Sequence record: HM035025
DNA: 64,000 nucleotides
Strand: one strand, 5' to 3'
Origin: Shigella phage Shfl2
The notes under the pieces: generated by a model
What the model was told of the DNA's origin: nothing
Databases searched by the model: none
What the model saw: only the letters and a program-made list of their open reading frames with translations
Translations under genes and position numbers: made by a program
In this document: positions 10,278 to 19,418 of the stretch, piece by piece
Layout of the letters: each line of letters begins with the position of its first letter
How positions within the stretch are numbered: the stretch's first letter is position 1

Positions 10278-10585
10278 CGTAAATTCCCTGCAATTGGTAT
10301 ACTAACAATACGCCCAGTATCTAAAATTCGCCGATATAATCTTTGTGTGTCTACATCAGGCTTAACGTGTTTAACTTCTATTTTATTAAACCAAAACTTG
10401 CGTGGAGTCTCAACTAATCTCGGAATTCCCATACCTAAAGCTAGTCGATACTGATCTTTAAGAGTAGTAAATACTTTATCAGCAATCTCCCTTTCAAAAA
10501 ATACAGCAGGACGATGTTCATCAAGAGGAACAGGCACCGCAAATCCATCTTTATCTCTATACACTATCGCATATACATAAAACAT
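10274..10585 (-). CDS. hypothetical protein (dda.1-like)
   Basis: 103 aa ORF. Confidence 0.4.
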   Translation of the reverse strand: MFYVYAIVYRDKDGFAVPVPLDEHRPAVFFEREIADKVFTTLKDQYRLALGMGIPRLVETPRKFWFNKIEVKHVKPDVDTQRLYRRILDTGRIVSIPIAGNLR

Positions 10586-10586
10586 A

Positions 10587-11333
10587 TTATCCTCGGATAA
10601 GTTTAAAAATTGAACAATTTAGCGGGTATCCTCTTTTCAGTTTAAGTTTATCAATAAAAGACAAGTTTTGATACCGCTCTACACCTTGAATAATTTTATC
10701 ACACATATCATATTGCATTTCTGCTTCTGACAACTTTTTCACAGTTTTCCAATCCGAGCCTTTAAGAAGAACGTTCAATTTAACAACTTCAGCGCCTTCT
10801 GCTATACGAGAACCATCAATACGAGCTTTGAGTGCTATAATCGTTAGCTTAACGTCAGAAGTTTGTTTTGATTTAGAAAGCTGAGAAATGTGCTCAATTC
10901 GGTTTTCACGTTTTTTCTGTATAGCTTTAATTTGATTATAAGTCTTTTTGATTTTAGCCCATTTCTTTTCATCTAAATTTAGTTTATGAACTTTTTTCGC
11001 AGATGAACGACCAATTCGCAAAGCAAATAAATCACGCTTTTCAATCAACTCTTCTAAAGTATAATCAGACCGAAATGTATTATACTTTTTCTTTACTGCA
11101 ATAACATTCCCTTTAATATATCCAACGTTATTATCAAAACGTTCTAATGATAATTTCTCTCCTTCAATACGATTATCAAAAGGTTCTCCTGAGTAAGCGC
11201 AAACTTTCTGATCTAAAATGTTCTTAATGTAATTGAAGTCTAAGTTAAAATCTTTAGAACGTCTTTTGGCAGATGCCTGAGTATGCTCTAGACGACGTTT
11301 AATTTTACGAATTTGATTATTAGACAGTTTCAT
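10587..11333 (-). CDS. hypothetical basic protein (size and position compatible with T4 srd)
   Basis: 248 aa; lysine/arginine-rich; synteny between dda and modA. Confidence 0.4.
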   Translation of the reverse strand: MKLSNNQIRKIKRRLEHTQASAKRRSKDFNLDFNYIKNILDQKVCAYSGEPFDNRIEGEKLSLERFDNNVGYIKGNVIAVKKKYNTFRSDYTLEELIEKRDLFALRIGRSSAKKVHKLNLDEKKWAKIKKTYNQIKAIQKKRENRIEHISQLSKSKQTSDVKLTIIALKARIDGSRIAEGAEVVKLNVLLKGSDWKTVKKLSEAEMQYDMCDKIIQGVERYQNLSFIDKLKLKRGYPLNCSIFKLIRG

Positions 11334-11449
11334 ATTTTTCTCACGGACGGGTTAACTACTTATACTATAACATTTTTACTTCAGCTTGTAAACAACTTTA
11401 TGAAAAATGCTTTAAAACTTTCATGGTATAATGAATCTAAGTCCTTCCA

Positions 11450-12052
11450 TTATAGATTAAATCCTTCAAAATCAAGAGTATAGATAGTGTATGTTGAATA
11501 CTTTTTATACTCGTATCTATCCGCAATTCTAAATACACTTCCAGCTGGTATCATTACTTCTTGTTCATCTGAAACTAATTCCATATTACGATAGCGATGG
11601 CTATCCGGAAATTTAAAACTCGGGCTATATTCTTTACAACGTAAAGCTTTTATAGCATACTCCTGGAAATTAAACACCATAGGAGCTTTGAATTCAAAAA
11701 TAACTTGTGTGTTGTATTCTAATCCAGAAGCAAAATGTAGAGCTATATTTTTATCATATGAAGCTGATACTACTTTATCAAATGTAATAATATCAATTCC
11801 TTGATTTAACACCTGCTTAGTCTCAACTGGAACACCTCTCCAAAGAGGTTTATCGTTTGGTTCCAAACGAGATTTGATTATTTCATTTAACCAAGAATGA
11901 TCGTCTGGCTTATTAGTAATACAATGAATTAAAAGTTCAATTTCGGATAAATTAAATCCTTCAGAAAGTAATTCTTCACGAATAGAAGCACGCACCGATG
12001 CATCCATTGATTTGATTTTAAAATCTTTTAATTGCATTGCTGAATATTTCAT
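11450..12052 (-). CDS. modA: ADP-ribosyltransferase ModA
   Basis: 200 aa; R...STS...E-x-E style ART motifs (RGV, SASYD, EQEVMIPAGS). Confidence 0.8.
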   Translation of the reverse strand: MKYSAMQLKDFKIKSMDASVRASIREELLSEGFNLSEIELLIHCITNKPDDHSWLNEIIKSRLEPNDKPLWRGVPVETKQVLNQGIDIITFDKVVSASYDKNIALHFASGLEYNTQVIFEFKAPMVFNFQEYAIKALRCKEYSPSFKFPDSHRYRNMELVSDEQEVMIPAGSVFRIADRYEYKKYSTYTIYTLDFEGFNL

Positions 12053-12684
12053 TCAACTACCTCAATATCATACACTTTAAATGTTCCAAACGAATCGTGT
12101 AATTTTTCTTTTGAAATAGAAGTTATTTTATACTTTCCAATTGGAATCATCCATTCTTGTTCATGTACAATCATCATTAAGTTATCAGTACGTTCTGAAT
12201 CTAATCCATCAGTATCTTCATATGTATACTTAAACTCAGTATTAGGAGAAGAAAGTATAATATCGCTGATATGGTCAGAGTAATTAAAAGCTTTATCAGT
12301 TTTTAAGCGAAGTACTATTTCAGTGAAATATTCAGCATAAGAAAAAGAACACGCTGTATGCAAACTAGTAGTAAATGAATCTACTCTGTTCGTTGAAAAC
12401 ACTTCTCCAACTTGTAAATCTTTAATGAGTTCTTTTGTCGATTTTGATATACCACGATATAGCTGATACGGCGATTTAGTTAAATGCTTTTTAACGATTT
12501 TATTCAACTGCCGATGAAGAGCTTCATTCTTTTTGGCTTCCATACATTGCCAAAGAACTGACTGCTCAAAGTCAGTAAATTTTTCACAGACCTTTTTATA
12601 CATATCATATTGAAAATCGACACTTTCAGCTTTTATAGATAACTGTTCAACATCTGCAGGATTAATAATCATGATAGCCTCCAT
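12049..12684 (-). CDS. modB: ADP-ribosyltransferase ModB
   Basis: 211 aa; paralog of ModA with YRGI, FSTNRV, HEQEWMIPIG motifs. Confidence 0.78.
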   Translation of the reverse strand: MEAIMIINPADVEQLSIKAESVDFQYDMYKKVCEKFTDFEQSVLWQCMEAKKNEALHRQLNKIVKKHLTKSPYQLYRGISKSTKELIKDLQVGEVFSTNRVDSFTTSLHTACSFSYAEYFTEIVLRLKTDKAFNYSDHISDIILSSPNTEFKYTYEDTDGLDSERTDNLMMIVHEQEWMIPIGKYKITSISKEKLHDSFGTFKVYDIEVVE

Positions 12685-12698
12685 ATACTTCAGAAGCT

Positions 12699-12728
12699 AT
12701 CATATCATCGTTAGAAAGGAAAGTAAAC
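12699..12728 (-). promoter_or_regulatory. T4-type early promoter
   Basis: Minus strand GTTTACT-17 nt-TATGAT upstream of the modB operon. Confidence 0.45.
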
Positions 12729-12739
12729 AACTTTTTGAA

Positions 12740-12922
12740 TTATTTTGCCCAGGGAGCCCAGGGCGGAGGGTCAAGATGGTATGAAGCTAGTTCTTCTAGA
12801 AGAGCATCTGGGGCTTCAATTCCATAATTCTGTAATACTATACGGTATTCTTTCTTATAATCACTAGAATCATTCTGGATATTCGTAGAATGATTATCTT
12901 CTAACATCTCAAATAAATCCAT
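12740..12922 (-). CDS. hypothetical small protein
   Basis: 60 aa ORF downstream of an early promoter. Confidence 0.35.
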   Translation of the reverse strand: MDLFEMLEDNHSTNIQNDSSDYKKEYRIVLQNYGIEAPDALLEELASYHLDPPPWAPWAK

Positions 12923-12930
12923 ATTAATTC

Positions 12931-13401
12931 CTAGCGATAAAAACCAAAATAACGATTAGTTTCAATAATCTTTCTTTCTTCTTCTGACATTCTCCAGCGT
13001 AGTCCAACATCAAAATGAGCCCAGACCATCTTAACAAATGCATTTATATCTTTAATATCTTCAATAATGAATGTTTTACTTTTAGAAGGTTGACTCGCTA
13101 ATTTAACTTTATCGTCTTCAAACAGGTCAAAAAGACCATATTCATGAGCTCTTTTATAGCCTTTAATAGTTAAAGCTTCAGAAGAAGAAAATGGTGAATC
13201 AGTATTCTGCAAAATATCTTCAGTATGTTTTATAATTAGAATAACATTTTCTGGATATTTTCTTTCTTTTATATCTTTAATTAAAAGATCCGGATTTTCT
13301 GCTAAAGGAATAATTAATGAGCACTTTTTATCAAGTGTATTTACTGATTTACCTTCTTTGGACATAAATTCTATTGAATAATGTTTTGCTACTTCAATCA
13401 T
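12931..13401 (-). CDS. hypothetical protein
   Basis: 156 aa ORF. Confidence 0.45.
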   Translation of the reverse strand: MIEVAKHYSIEFMSKEGKSVNTLDKKCSLIIPLAENPDLLIKDIKERKYPENVILIIKHTEDILQNTDSPFSSSEALTIKGYKRAHEYGLFDLFEDDKVKLASQPSKSKTFIIEDIKDINAFVKMVWAHFDVGLRWRMSEEERKIIETNRYFGFYR

Positions 13402-13546
13402 GTGATTTCCTCTTGCCTACTAATGGGCCGTCAGGAATTTTGTTTTCCTGGATATATTTCTCATTTTCTTCCATCATTTTACTGCCAATTTTAAGAAGCA
13501 AATCCAATGCTTCATTTGCTTTAGCCTTGGCCTCTTCTAGCGTCAT
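13397..13546 (-). CDS. hypothetical small protein (49 aa)
   Basis: Hand-translated [50 protein letters not shown]; stop overlaps the next start in an ATGA arrangement. Confidence 0.35.
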
Positions 13547-13554
13547 ATCTCTGT

Positions 13555-13758
13555 TCACGATTTATCCCCATAGATGTCTCTCATCAATTTAAGCGCTGAG
13601 CGTTCTAATTTCTTTTCTTTCTCAGCACTAATCATTGATTTCATCCATTCTTCTGATTCGTTCTGCATTTCTTTATTTGCTTGTTCAACCCAACCATCAT
13701 CAATGTACATTGAGTTTGGTCTACTGAACCATTCAAGCATTTTCTTCAGAACTTTCAT
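13555..13758 (-). CDS. hypothetical small protein
   Basis: 67 aa ORF. Confidence 0.35.
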   Translation of the reverse strand: MKVLKKMLEWFSRPNSMYIDDGWVEQANKEMQNESEEWMKSMISAEKEKKLERSALKLMRDIYGDKS

Positions 13759-14230
13759 TTGTTTTACCTAAAACAACAGTAGGAGCATCATCAAATTCAT
13801 GAATTTTTAGCAAATTTGGATGTAAACTATTCCATACAGAAGAAATAAAGTATGATAAAGCATCTTCACTCACAATTATAAATTTATTTCCTTTATCTAT
13901 TTTCCAGCTATATACTGAATCATACGAATAGAAAGATAAAGGTTTATCATTATATTGTTCTGCGCTAACATTAATGTATTCGGATTTAGTAAATGCTTCA
14001 ATTGCTCTAAACGGAATATTTGGTACAGTTTCAATAATTCCGATCTTTTTAAGTTTTATTTCAGCATCTTCTGGAACTGGCATTGAAACAAAATTTTCTA
14101 CGAGATACATTGGGTCACAATAACCCTTATCAATCATTACTGCTACGGTAATTGGAACGTCTTTAGCAAACGACATACTATTACTGCTAATATACATTTC
14201 AAACAAAATCGCTTCCATAATTTTCCTCAA
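13733..14230 (-). CDS. hypothetical protein
   Basis: 165 aa ORF. Confidence 0.45.
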   Translation of the reverse strand: MRKIMEAILFEMYISSNSMSFAKDVPITVAVMIDKGYCDPMYLVENFVSMPVPEDAEIKLKKIGIIETVPNIPFRAIEAFTKSEYINVSAEQYNDKPLSFYSYDSVYSWKIDKGNKFIIVSEDALSYFISSVWNSLHPNLLKIHEFDDAPTVVLGKTNESSEENA

Positions 14231-14568
14231 TCACAAGATGTAGATGAACAACTAGAATCACAAGAACTTCCACACGAATCGCCCGTCCATACATGAACAG
14301 GAACATTAGTGTCATATGAATCAGAACTAGACTGTGTATTCTGCGTATTAGATGATGTAGTAGGTGTTGACCAGCGCCAAGGATTTTTATAATATTCTTG
14401 GGCTTCTTCATAAGTCATAGTAACTGCTTCTACTGTTCCATCTCCCATATAAACATATTCAACTACAGTTAAAGGGAGGTAGTCATTTGAAATAGGAACT
14501 ACACCTTCTCCGGGAGTTGTAGAGAAAAAATCCGTAAAGAAACTTTTAAACCAATTAAAGATAAACAT
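14227..14568 (-). CDS. hypothetical protein with Cys/Ser-rich C-terminal tail
   Basis: 113 aa; tail [18 protein letters not shown]. Confidence 0.4.
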   Translation of the reverse strand: MFIFNWFKSFFTDFFSTTPGEGVVPISNDYLPLTVVEYVYMGDGTVEAVTMTYEEAQEYYKNPWRWSTPTTSSNTQNTQSSSDSYDTNVPVHVWTGDSCGSSCDSSCSSTSCD

Positions 14569-14774
14569 TACAAAAAGCCTCTCTTGAATTCGACTTGCTT
14601 CTCGCCATAATCATATCGAATCTCTGCATTAAATTCGACAGAACCATCTGCGTACATCATAAATGAGTGCACAACAACTTCTGTAGACCATGACTGCAGT
14701 TCATATTTCTTCATTACATGCCGTGAAATGATAATATCTAAATCTTCATTTGGTTTAATCCAACGATTTAACAT
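14568..14774 (-). CDS. hypothetical small protein
   Basis: 68 aa ORF; early promoter upstream (gtaaac at 14825-14830). Confidence 0.4.
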   Translation of the reverse strand: MLNRWIKPNEDLDIIISRHVMKKYELQSWSTEVVVHSFMMYADGSVEFNAEIRYDYGEKQVEFKRGFL

Positions 14775-14840
14775 AGTACTCTCCTCTATAAGATAATTCT
14801 ATTATACCATACTCATTTTGGAAAGTAAACCAGTAAAATG

Positions 14841-14865
14841 AAAAAGGACTCCCGAAGGAGTCCTT
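14841..14865 (-). terminator. intrinsic terminator downstream of soc
   Basis: GGACUCC-UUCG-GGAGUCC hairpin followed by a U-run on the minus-strand RNA. Confidence 0.65.
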
Positions 14866-14869
14866 GAAT

Positions 14870-15115
14870 TTATTCACCAGTTACTTTCCACAAATCTTCG
14901 TTTGCAGTAATCCATTCAGTACGTTGATTTTCTTCATATACTGTAGAATATGCTGCTTTTTCTGAAGGGAATATCTGGTAATGAGCTCCAGAAATTTTGT
15001 GAACGTCAGAATAAAGAGGGAAAGCTACAGAAATTTCCTTTCCTTCAATTTTCTTATTTCCATCTAATTTCTGCTCAAATGTTTTGATATTAACATAACC
15101 GCGAGTACTAGCCAT
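14870..15115 (-). CDS. soc: small outer capsid protein Soc
   Basis: 81 aa; MASTRGYVNIKTFEQKLDGNKKIEGKEISVAFPLYSDVHKISGAHYQ... matches T4 Soc as recalled; AAGGAG SD. Confidence 0.93.
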   Translation of the reverse strand: MASTRGYVNIKTFEQKLDGNKKIEGKEISVAFPLYSDVHKISGAHYQIFPSEKAAYSTVYEENQRTEWITANEDLWKVTGE

Positions 15116-15131
15116 GTAATTCTCCTTTTAT

Positions 15132-15341
15132 TTAAATTACATGATTATTTATAATAAATTCTCGCGGAACGTTAAAATATCCGATTTTAGTTAATATAAC
15201 AACATCACCGTTAATAACTACCGGAGAATAATCGTCTGGAGCATTAAACTTCCAATGAGCTCTAATATTATATCCATCAGAACCAAATGCTCGACTAGCC
15301 GGTCTCCCGGCTTTTTGCCATGCATAAAAATCAAATTTCAT
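15132..15341 (-). CDS. hypothetical small protein (soc.1-like)
   Basis: 69 aa ORF. Confidence 0.4.
   Translation of the reverse strand: MKFDFYAWQKAGRPASRAFGSDGYNIRAHWKFNAPDDYSPVVINGDVVILTKIGYFNVPREFIINNHVI
15146..15153 (-). promoter_or_regulatory. late promoter TATAAATA upstream of soc
   Basis: Exact TATAAATA on the minus strand about 30 nt upstream of the soc ATG. Confidence 0.55.
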
Positions 15342-15538
15342 TTTGAATGCTCTATAATTAATTTTAAGGCTTCTTCATGCACCTTACCTAATTGTATATG
15401 TCCAGTTTTAATTGTGTAAGCTTTGTGGAGCTGATTAGATAAGAGCTCGTATGTGAGCTCCTTGTCATAATTTTTAAATAGCTGGTCAATACGTTTCTTG
15501 TGGGCTTTCTTAAGCTGGCGTTTATTTAAACGAGCCAT
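15338..15538 (-). CDS. hypothetical small basic protein (soc.2-like)
   Basis: 66 aa ORF. Confidence 0.4.
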   Translation of the reverse strand: MARLNKRQLKKAHKKRIDQLFKNYDKELTYELLSNQLHKAYTIKTGHIQLGKVHEEALKLIIEHSK

Positions 15539-16056
15539 TAATAACCTCGGTCTTGACGAGCGAAGTTTTCAGCATTTTTCAGATAATAAAGTTTAAAGAT
15601 TTCTTCAGCTGACATTCCAAGAGCAATGAATTTATTCATGAAAAAGTGAAATTGATCAATCAATTCAAATTTAATTTCAAGTTGATCTTCAGGAGATAAA
15701 TCTTGAATTTTCTTGGATTGCATTTCAGAATAACGTTTCTTCCAAGGTTTCCATACAGCAGAAGCTTCTTTTTCGCCATTGCTCATACCACCAAGAGAAG
15801 TATATAGCTCGCGAGTTTCGTCTGCGATATAATCGTCTTGGTTTCGCAACCAAGCAAGAACTTCTCCTGCAGTTTCAAGTGAATCAGGATGACGATTTGT
15901 TTCTGGTTTATCATTAGCCAAACGAATCTGTAAATGCCGCTGCATATCAAGCATAACCTGCAGTGGGTCAATATTGTGCATAATATTCTCAGCATATGCA
16001 CGATTTGCTTTATCAACACCTTCGATCAAATGAGCACATTCATTAAAGTAAGCCAT
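15538..16056 (-). CDS. 56: dCTP pyrophosphatase (MazG-like), gene 56
   Basis: Start set at internal MAYFNECAHLIEGV (SD AAGGA upstream), giving 172 aa; EE/D metal-binding motifs; the track's longer 203 aa form adds a hydrophobic extension that overlaps the plus-strand ORF. Confidence 0.75.
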   Translation of the reverse strand: MAYFNECAHLIEGVDKANRAYAENIMHNIDPLQVMLDMQRHLQIRLANDKPETNRHPDSLETAGEVLAWLRNQDDYIADETRELYTSLGGMSNGEKEASAVWKPWKKRYSEMQSKKIQDLSPEDQLEIKFELIDQFHFFMNKFIALGMSAEEIFKLYYLKNAENFARQDRGY

Positions 16057-16127
16057 TATTTTTCCTTTCAATTCATGGGTTAGTAGATTAATTATACAAT
16101 AAATATATAAAGCAATAAGGAGGACAT

Positions 16128-16328
16128 ATGGTACAAAAATTAATGGCACTTGTTAATGCCATCAAAGGTAATAAAAAACGTATAGCTTTTACTATTTCTG
16201 CTATGGTAGGAATTTTACTCTGGAACTTTATTTTATCACCTGTTGCAATTGCACATGGTATTAATATTCCAGTAGTTACTCTTGATACATTTGTAGATTT
16301 AGCATTTGCTTTAGTTGGGTTAATTTAA
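16128..16328 (+). CDS. plus-strand small two-helix membrane protein
   Basis: 66 aa; AAGGAGG SD 4 nt before ATG; two hydrophobic segments; lies where no minus-strand ORF exists between 56 and 61. Confidence 0.4.
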   Translation: MVQKLMALVNAIKGNKKRIAFTISAMVGILLWNFILSPVAIAHGINIPVVTLDTFVDLAFALVGLI

Positions 16329-17353
16329 ATCTTAGCATATTTAGATAGCCGCATTTTAGCCATTAACCCCTGCGCAATATTATTTTTCATATATTCCATA
16401 ATCTGTTCAGGGGTTGCACCTTCCTTTCTAATCATATCATTGACATCTTTTGATTTCCAGGGAGATTTATCCCAAAACATAACCCTTTCTCCTGCATCAA
16501 CTAATTTAGTCATTCGCTTGATAGTGTCAGGGTGACGAGGTTCATTATCTAAGACCCACACTCGTCTATCTTTAAATGGAACAACTTCTAGGTCTAATTG
16601 ACCACCCGTAATAGCTATACCATTTTCAATAAAAAGCGAATCTATAGGTCCTTCTAGAACATATACATCACCATCTTTAACTCGTTCAACACCGTAAATT
16701 TTTGTTGCCTCAGGATAAGCTTTGATGGTGATATACTTTTGTGGAGCATCTTTCTTTAATGCACGTCCTTGAAAAGACTCAGCTTTTCCATTTGCATTAT
16801 AAATTGGAATAACAAGACGAGGCTCAGAAATTTCCTTTTTGTATGTTCCCGGTGCTATGCTATTAACTAATTTAGGCCATTCGGTTGTAAACCAAAGATA
16901 TTTCCATTTATCCTTTGGAATACAACGAGCTTTTACATATTTTATAATTGGATGGTCTTCCGCCAGTTTATCTAATCTAACACATGACGGAAGAGATTTA
17001 ATTATTTTCTTCTCAGGTTGTTTAGGAAGTTCTTTAGGTTTTTCTACTGGACGACTTTTACCTTTTTCTTTTCTTATTTCAAAGATATACTCACGATATA
17101 AATCAGGTTCAAACTCCTTTAAATATATTCCGATTGGTGCGTGATAGTTACAGTTATAACAATGAATATTTCCTTCATTATTATCACCATAATACCATCC
17201 ACGGGCTTTATTTTGGTCGGTTTTTGAATCTCCACAAACAGGACATCTAAACCGCAATTTAAAAGTTGAACTATTATTTACTTGTGTGAATTTAGGTAAA
17301 TGAGCTAATGCACGATATGCAAACTCATTATCAATCCAAGGTATTGATGACAT
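16325..17353 (-). CDS. 61: DNA primase
   Basis: 342 aa; zinc ribbon CPVCGDS...CYNC and TOPRIM-like C-terminal region; size matches T4 gp61. Confidence 0.92.
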   Translation of the reverse strand: MSSIPWIDNEFAYRALAHLPKFTQVNNSSTFKLRFRCPVCGDSKTDQNKARGWYYGDNNEGNIHCYNCNYHAPIGIYLKEFEPDLYREYIFEIRKEKGKSRPVEKPKELPKQPEKKIIKSLPSCVRLDKLAEDHPIIKYVKARCIPKDKWKYLWFTTEWPKLVNSIAPGTYKKEISEPRLVIPIYNANGKAESFQGRALKKDAPQKYITIKAYPEATKIYGVERVKDGDVYVLEGPIDSLFIENGIAITGGQLDLEVVPFKDRRVWVLDNEPRHPDTIKRMTKLVDAGERVMFWDKSPWKSKDVNDMIRKEGATPEQIMEYMKNNIAQGLMAKMRLSKYAKI

Positions 17354-17355
17354 TT

Positions 17356-17520
17356 TTACTCTTCTTTTTCTTTAGATTCCTCTTTTTTCTTTTTAGGAAT
17401 CTGTTCAGGACCTTTATTTACTATAGCACCTGACGTTGTTCCAGTGGAGATATTTTCAGGATTACCACCTGAATCTCCAGCTACCATATCTTCTTTGATA
17501 AATTCTTTATATGTTTTCAT
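17356..17520 (-). CDS. small acidic/lysine-rich peptide with capsid-targeting-sequence-like N-terminus
   Basis: Hand-translated MKTYKEFIKEDMVAGDSGGNPENISTGTTSGAIVNKGPEQIPKKKKEESKEKEE; GAGG SD; first 10 residues resemble the T4 internal-protein CTS MKTYQEFIAE. Confidence 0.4.
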   Translation of the reverse strand: MKTYKEFIKEDMVAGDSGGNPENISTGTTSGAIVNKGPEQIPKKKKEESKEKEE

Positions 17521-17521
17521 A

Positions 17522-17878
17522 TTAACCTCTATTCATAAAAGCATTAAAAATTTGGTCATCAATTGATGGAACAGCAACCTTTTCTACATCATTTAACAAA
17601 TCATTAATTTCATCAGATAGCATAACGCATGTACCTTTATTTCCTGTAATTGTTACTGCGCAATTACGAACGTTTTCTTTATCAAATTTTAGGTTAATAT
17701 TTTCGTAGTGAAAATCCTTTAATGCCGAATATATTTTTAAAATGAAATTGTCTTTTACTACAATAAAACCGACTTCACTATTAAAACGCGGCTCATGAAA
17801 ACTGTAATAAACCTTTTCATCTATAAAATCGTATGAAATTTTTTCCATTTTTAAATATGAAAATTCAGAACTATACAT
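17522..17878 (-). CDS. hypothetical protein (61.1-like)
   Basis: 118 aa; C-terminus ...SIDDQIFNAFMNRG shared with the next ORF. Confidence 0.45.
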   Translation of the reverse strand: MYSSEFSYLKMEKISYDFIDEKVYYSFHEPRFNSEVGFIVVKDNFILKIYSALKDFHYENINLKFDKENVRNCAVTITGNKGTCVMLSDEINDLLNDVEKVAVPSIDDQIFNAFMNRG

Positions 17879-17879
17879 A

Positions 17880-18506
17880 CTAACCTTTATTCATAAAAGC
17901 ATTAAAAATTTGGTCATCAATAGAAACATTTACTTTAGACTGTTTTTCTGATGGTAATTCATATCCACATATTACAATTTTGTGATCAATATCAAAATAC
18001 ACAGAAGCAATATGATTAATGATGTTTTCAGTAAAGTCTAAATCAACATCAATATCTTTTTGACCACAGCCCAAAGGATAAATAATGCGAGTAATTCGAT
18101 TATCTTTAACAAATATTCCACCGACATACTCTGTGCTGCGTTTAAAGTCTACACGCCGACGAAATGAAAAATATTCAGGCTCTCTATGAGCTCGGCTCAT
18201 AGGACACAACGAGTAACTAGAATAAGAGATGTCAAATCCTACGCCTTCAATATGAGCCAAAGTGTCATGATTAAACCAATTATAATCGTACGCCAAATCC
18301 ATTAGATTATAATATGTAAAAGGCACCGGATTAACATCATTAGTCACAAGCATGTAATTAGCAACTGCTATAATTTCATTGTTTTTAACGAATACAAACC
18401 GTGATTGATGCGAATGACCTGGACCCGCGTTTTCACGATTAATGATATAACACTGGGCACCTTTATATTTGTATGTATCTTTGCACTTGTGCATTTGATA
18501 GAGCAT
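17880..18506 (-). CDS. hypothetical protein (61.2-like)
   Basis: 208 aa; C-terminus ...SIDDQIFNAFMNKG. Confidence 0.45.
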   Translation of the reverse strand: MLYQMHKCKDTYKYKGAQCYIINRENAGPGHSHQSRFVFVKNNEIIAVANYMLVTNDVNPVPFTYYNLMDLAYDYNWFNHDTLAHIEGVGFDISYSSYSLCPMSRAHREPEYFSFRRRVDFKRSTEYVGGIFVKDNRITRIIYPLGCGQKDIDVDLDFTENIINHIASVYFDIDHKIVICGYELPSEKQSKVNVSIDDQIFNAFMNKG

Positions 18507-18799
18507 TATTCACCTACCACTTCAGCGATGATATTTTTATTATTAAAGTTTTTATCACAATACAGAACGTAATTGTATTGCATTACACCACCGGACTTAA
18601 GCTGTTTTTGTACTTCAGCTTTCATTTCAGGACGATCACGCTCAACGATATTCATAATATCCGCTTCAATTTGAGTTTCAACTTCAGTCTGATCTGCAGT
18701 CATAGACCATTCACACAAATCTTTATCATATCCTGCCATAGCAGGCTGAGCAGCACAAAAAGCTAAAGCAAAAATTGCAGCAAAAACAAATTTTTTCAT
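18506..18799 (-). CDS. sp: Spackle periplasmic protein (superinfection exclusion / lysozyme inhibitor)
   Basis: 97 aa; signal peptide MKKFVFAAIFALAFCAAQPAMA followed by GYDKDLCEWSMTADQ..., matching T4 Sp (61.3) as recalled. Confidence 0.82.
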   Translation of the reverse strand: MKKFVFAAIFALAFCAAQPAMAGYDKDLCEWSMTADQTEVETQIEADIMNIVERDRPEMKAEVQKQLKSGGVMQYNYVLYCDKNFNNKNIIAEVVGE

Positions 18800-18856
18800 G
18801 ATAATCTCCTCAGTAGTTTATGTTTATATAGTATCTCAATTTCTAACAAAAGTAAA

Positions 18857-19111
18857 CTATTTTATTTCCTCAAGTTCGTTAATCAATAAAAGTTCTCTGA
18901 CGCTAAAAACAAAGAAAAATGTGTTCCCATCAACCAGAGCATGACCGCTAATAGAACACCCTCTGCGGAATTTAGAAACTTCACAATCTAGAACTGTAAA
19001 GGGTTTTAATCCTATGACTTTAGCTGTGCGTCTATTCAGTTCACAACCACTTGCGAATTTTTCCAAATCTTCTTCTGATTTAAACTGATATTCTCTATTA
19101 ACTAGCATCAT
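18857..19111 (-). CDS. hypothetical protein in the sp-dmd island
   Basis: 84 aa ORF with its own early promoter (gtaaac at 19159-19164). Confidence 0.45.
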   Translation of the reverse strand: MMLVNREYQFKSEEDLEKFASGCELNRRTAKVIGLKPFTVLDCEVSKFRRGCSISGHALVDGNTFFFVFSVRELLLINELEEIK

Positions 19112-19174
19112 TTTCTTTTCTCCGCGATTAGCTGATAGAATTACTATAACACAACTCTATCAGCTTGTAAACTA

Positions 19175-19417
19175 CTATTTTACTAGCATCAATAACTGTT
19201 TCTCTAATTTGACGATTTTACGAAAGTATCTTTTGCATTGGCGAATCTGTCGCTTCGTAGGGCGCACAGCAAACTTAATAAATTCCACTCGACCAAATGG
19301 AGGACTTTCTTCTGCTGGAATATCTAACACCAATTCCCACGTATCTGCAACAAGTGCTTTGAATTGAGTATTTTTCCTGACATTATACGGAGTAGGTTTA
19401 AATAAAACAATATGCAT
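19175..19417 (-). CDS. hypothetical small basic protein (61.4/tifA-like position)
   Basis: Start set at MHIVLFKPTPY (GAGGA SD), 80 aa; immediately downstream of dmd. Confidence 0.45.
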   Translation of the reverse strand: MHIVLFKPTPYNVRKNTQFKALVADTWELVLDIPAEESPPFGRVEFIKFAVRPTKRQIRQCKRYFRKIVKLEKQLLMLVK

Positions 19418-19418
19418 A

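Noticed and set aside
15538-16149. The 203 aa form of gene 56 given in the ORF track
   Set aside because: The first 31 codons are a hydrophobic extension with no SD and overlap the plus-strand ORF; the internal MAYFNECAH start with an AAGGA SD matches the T4 gp56 N-terminus.
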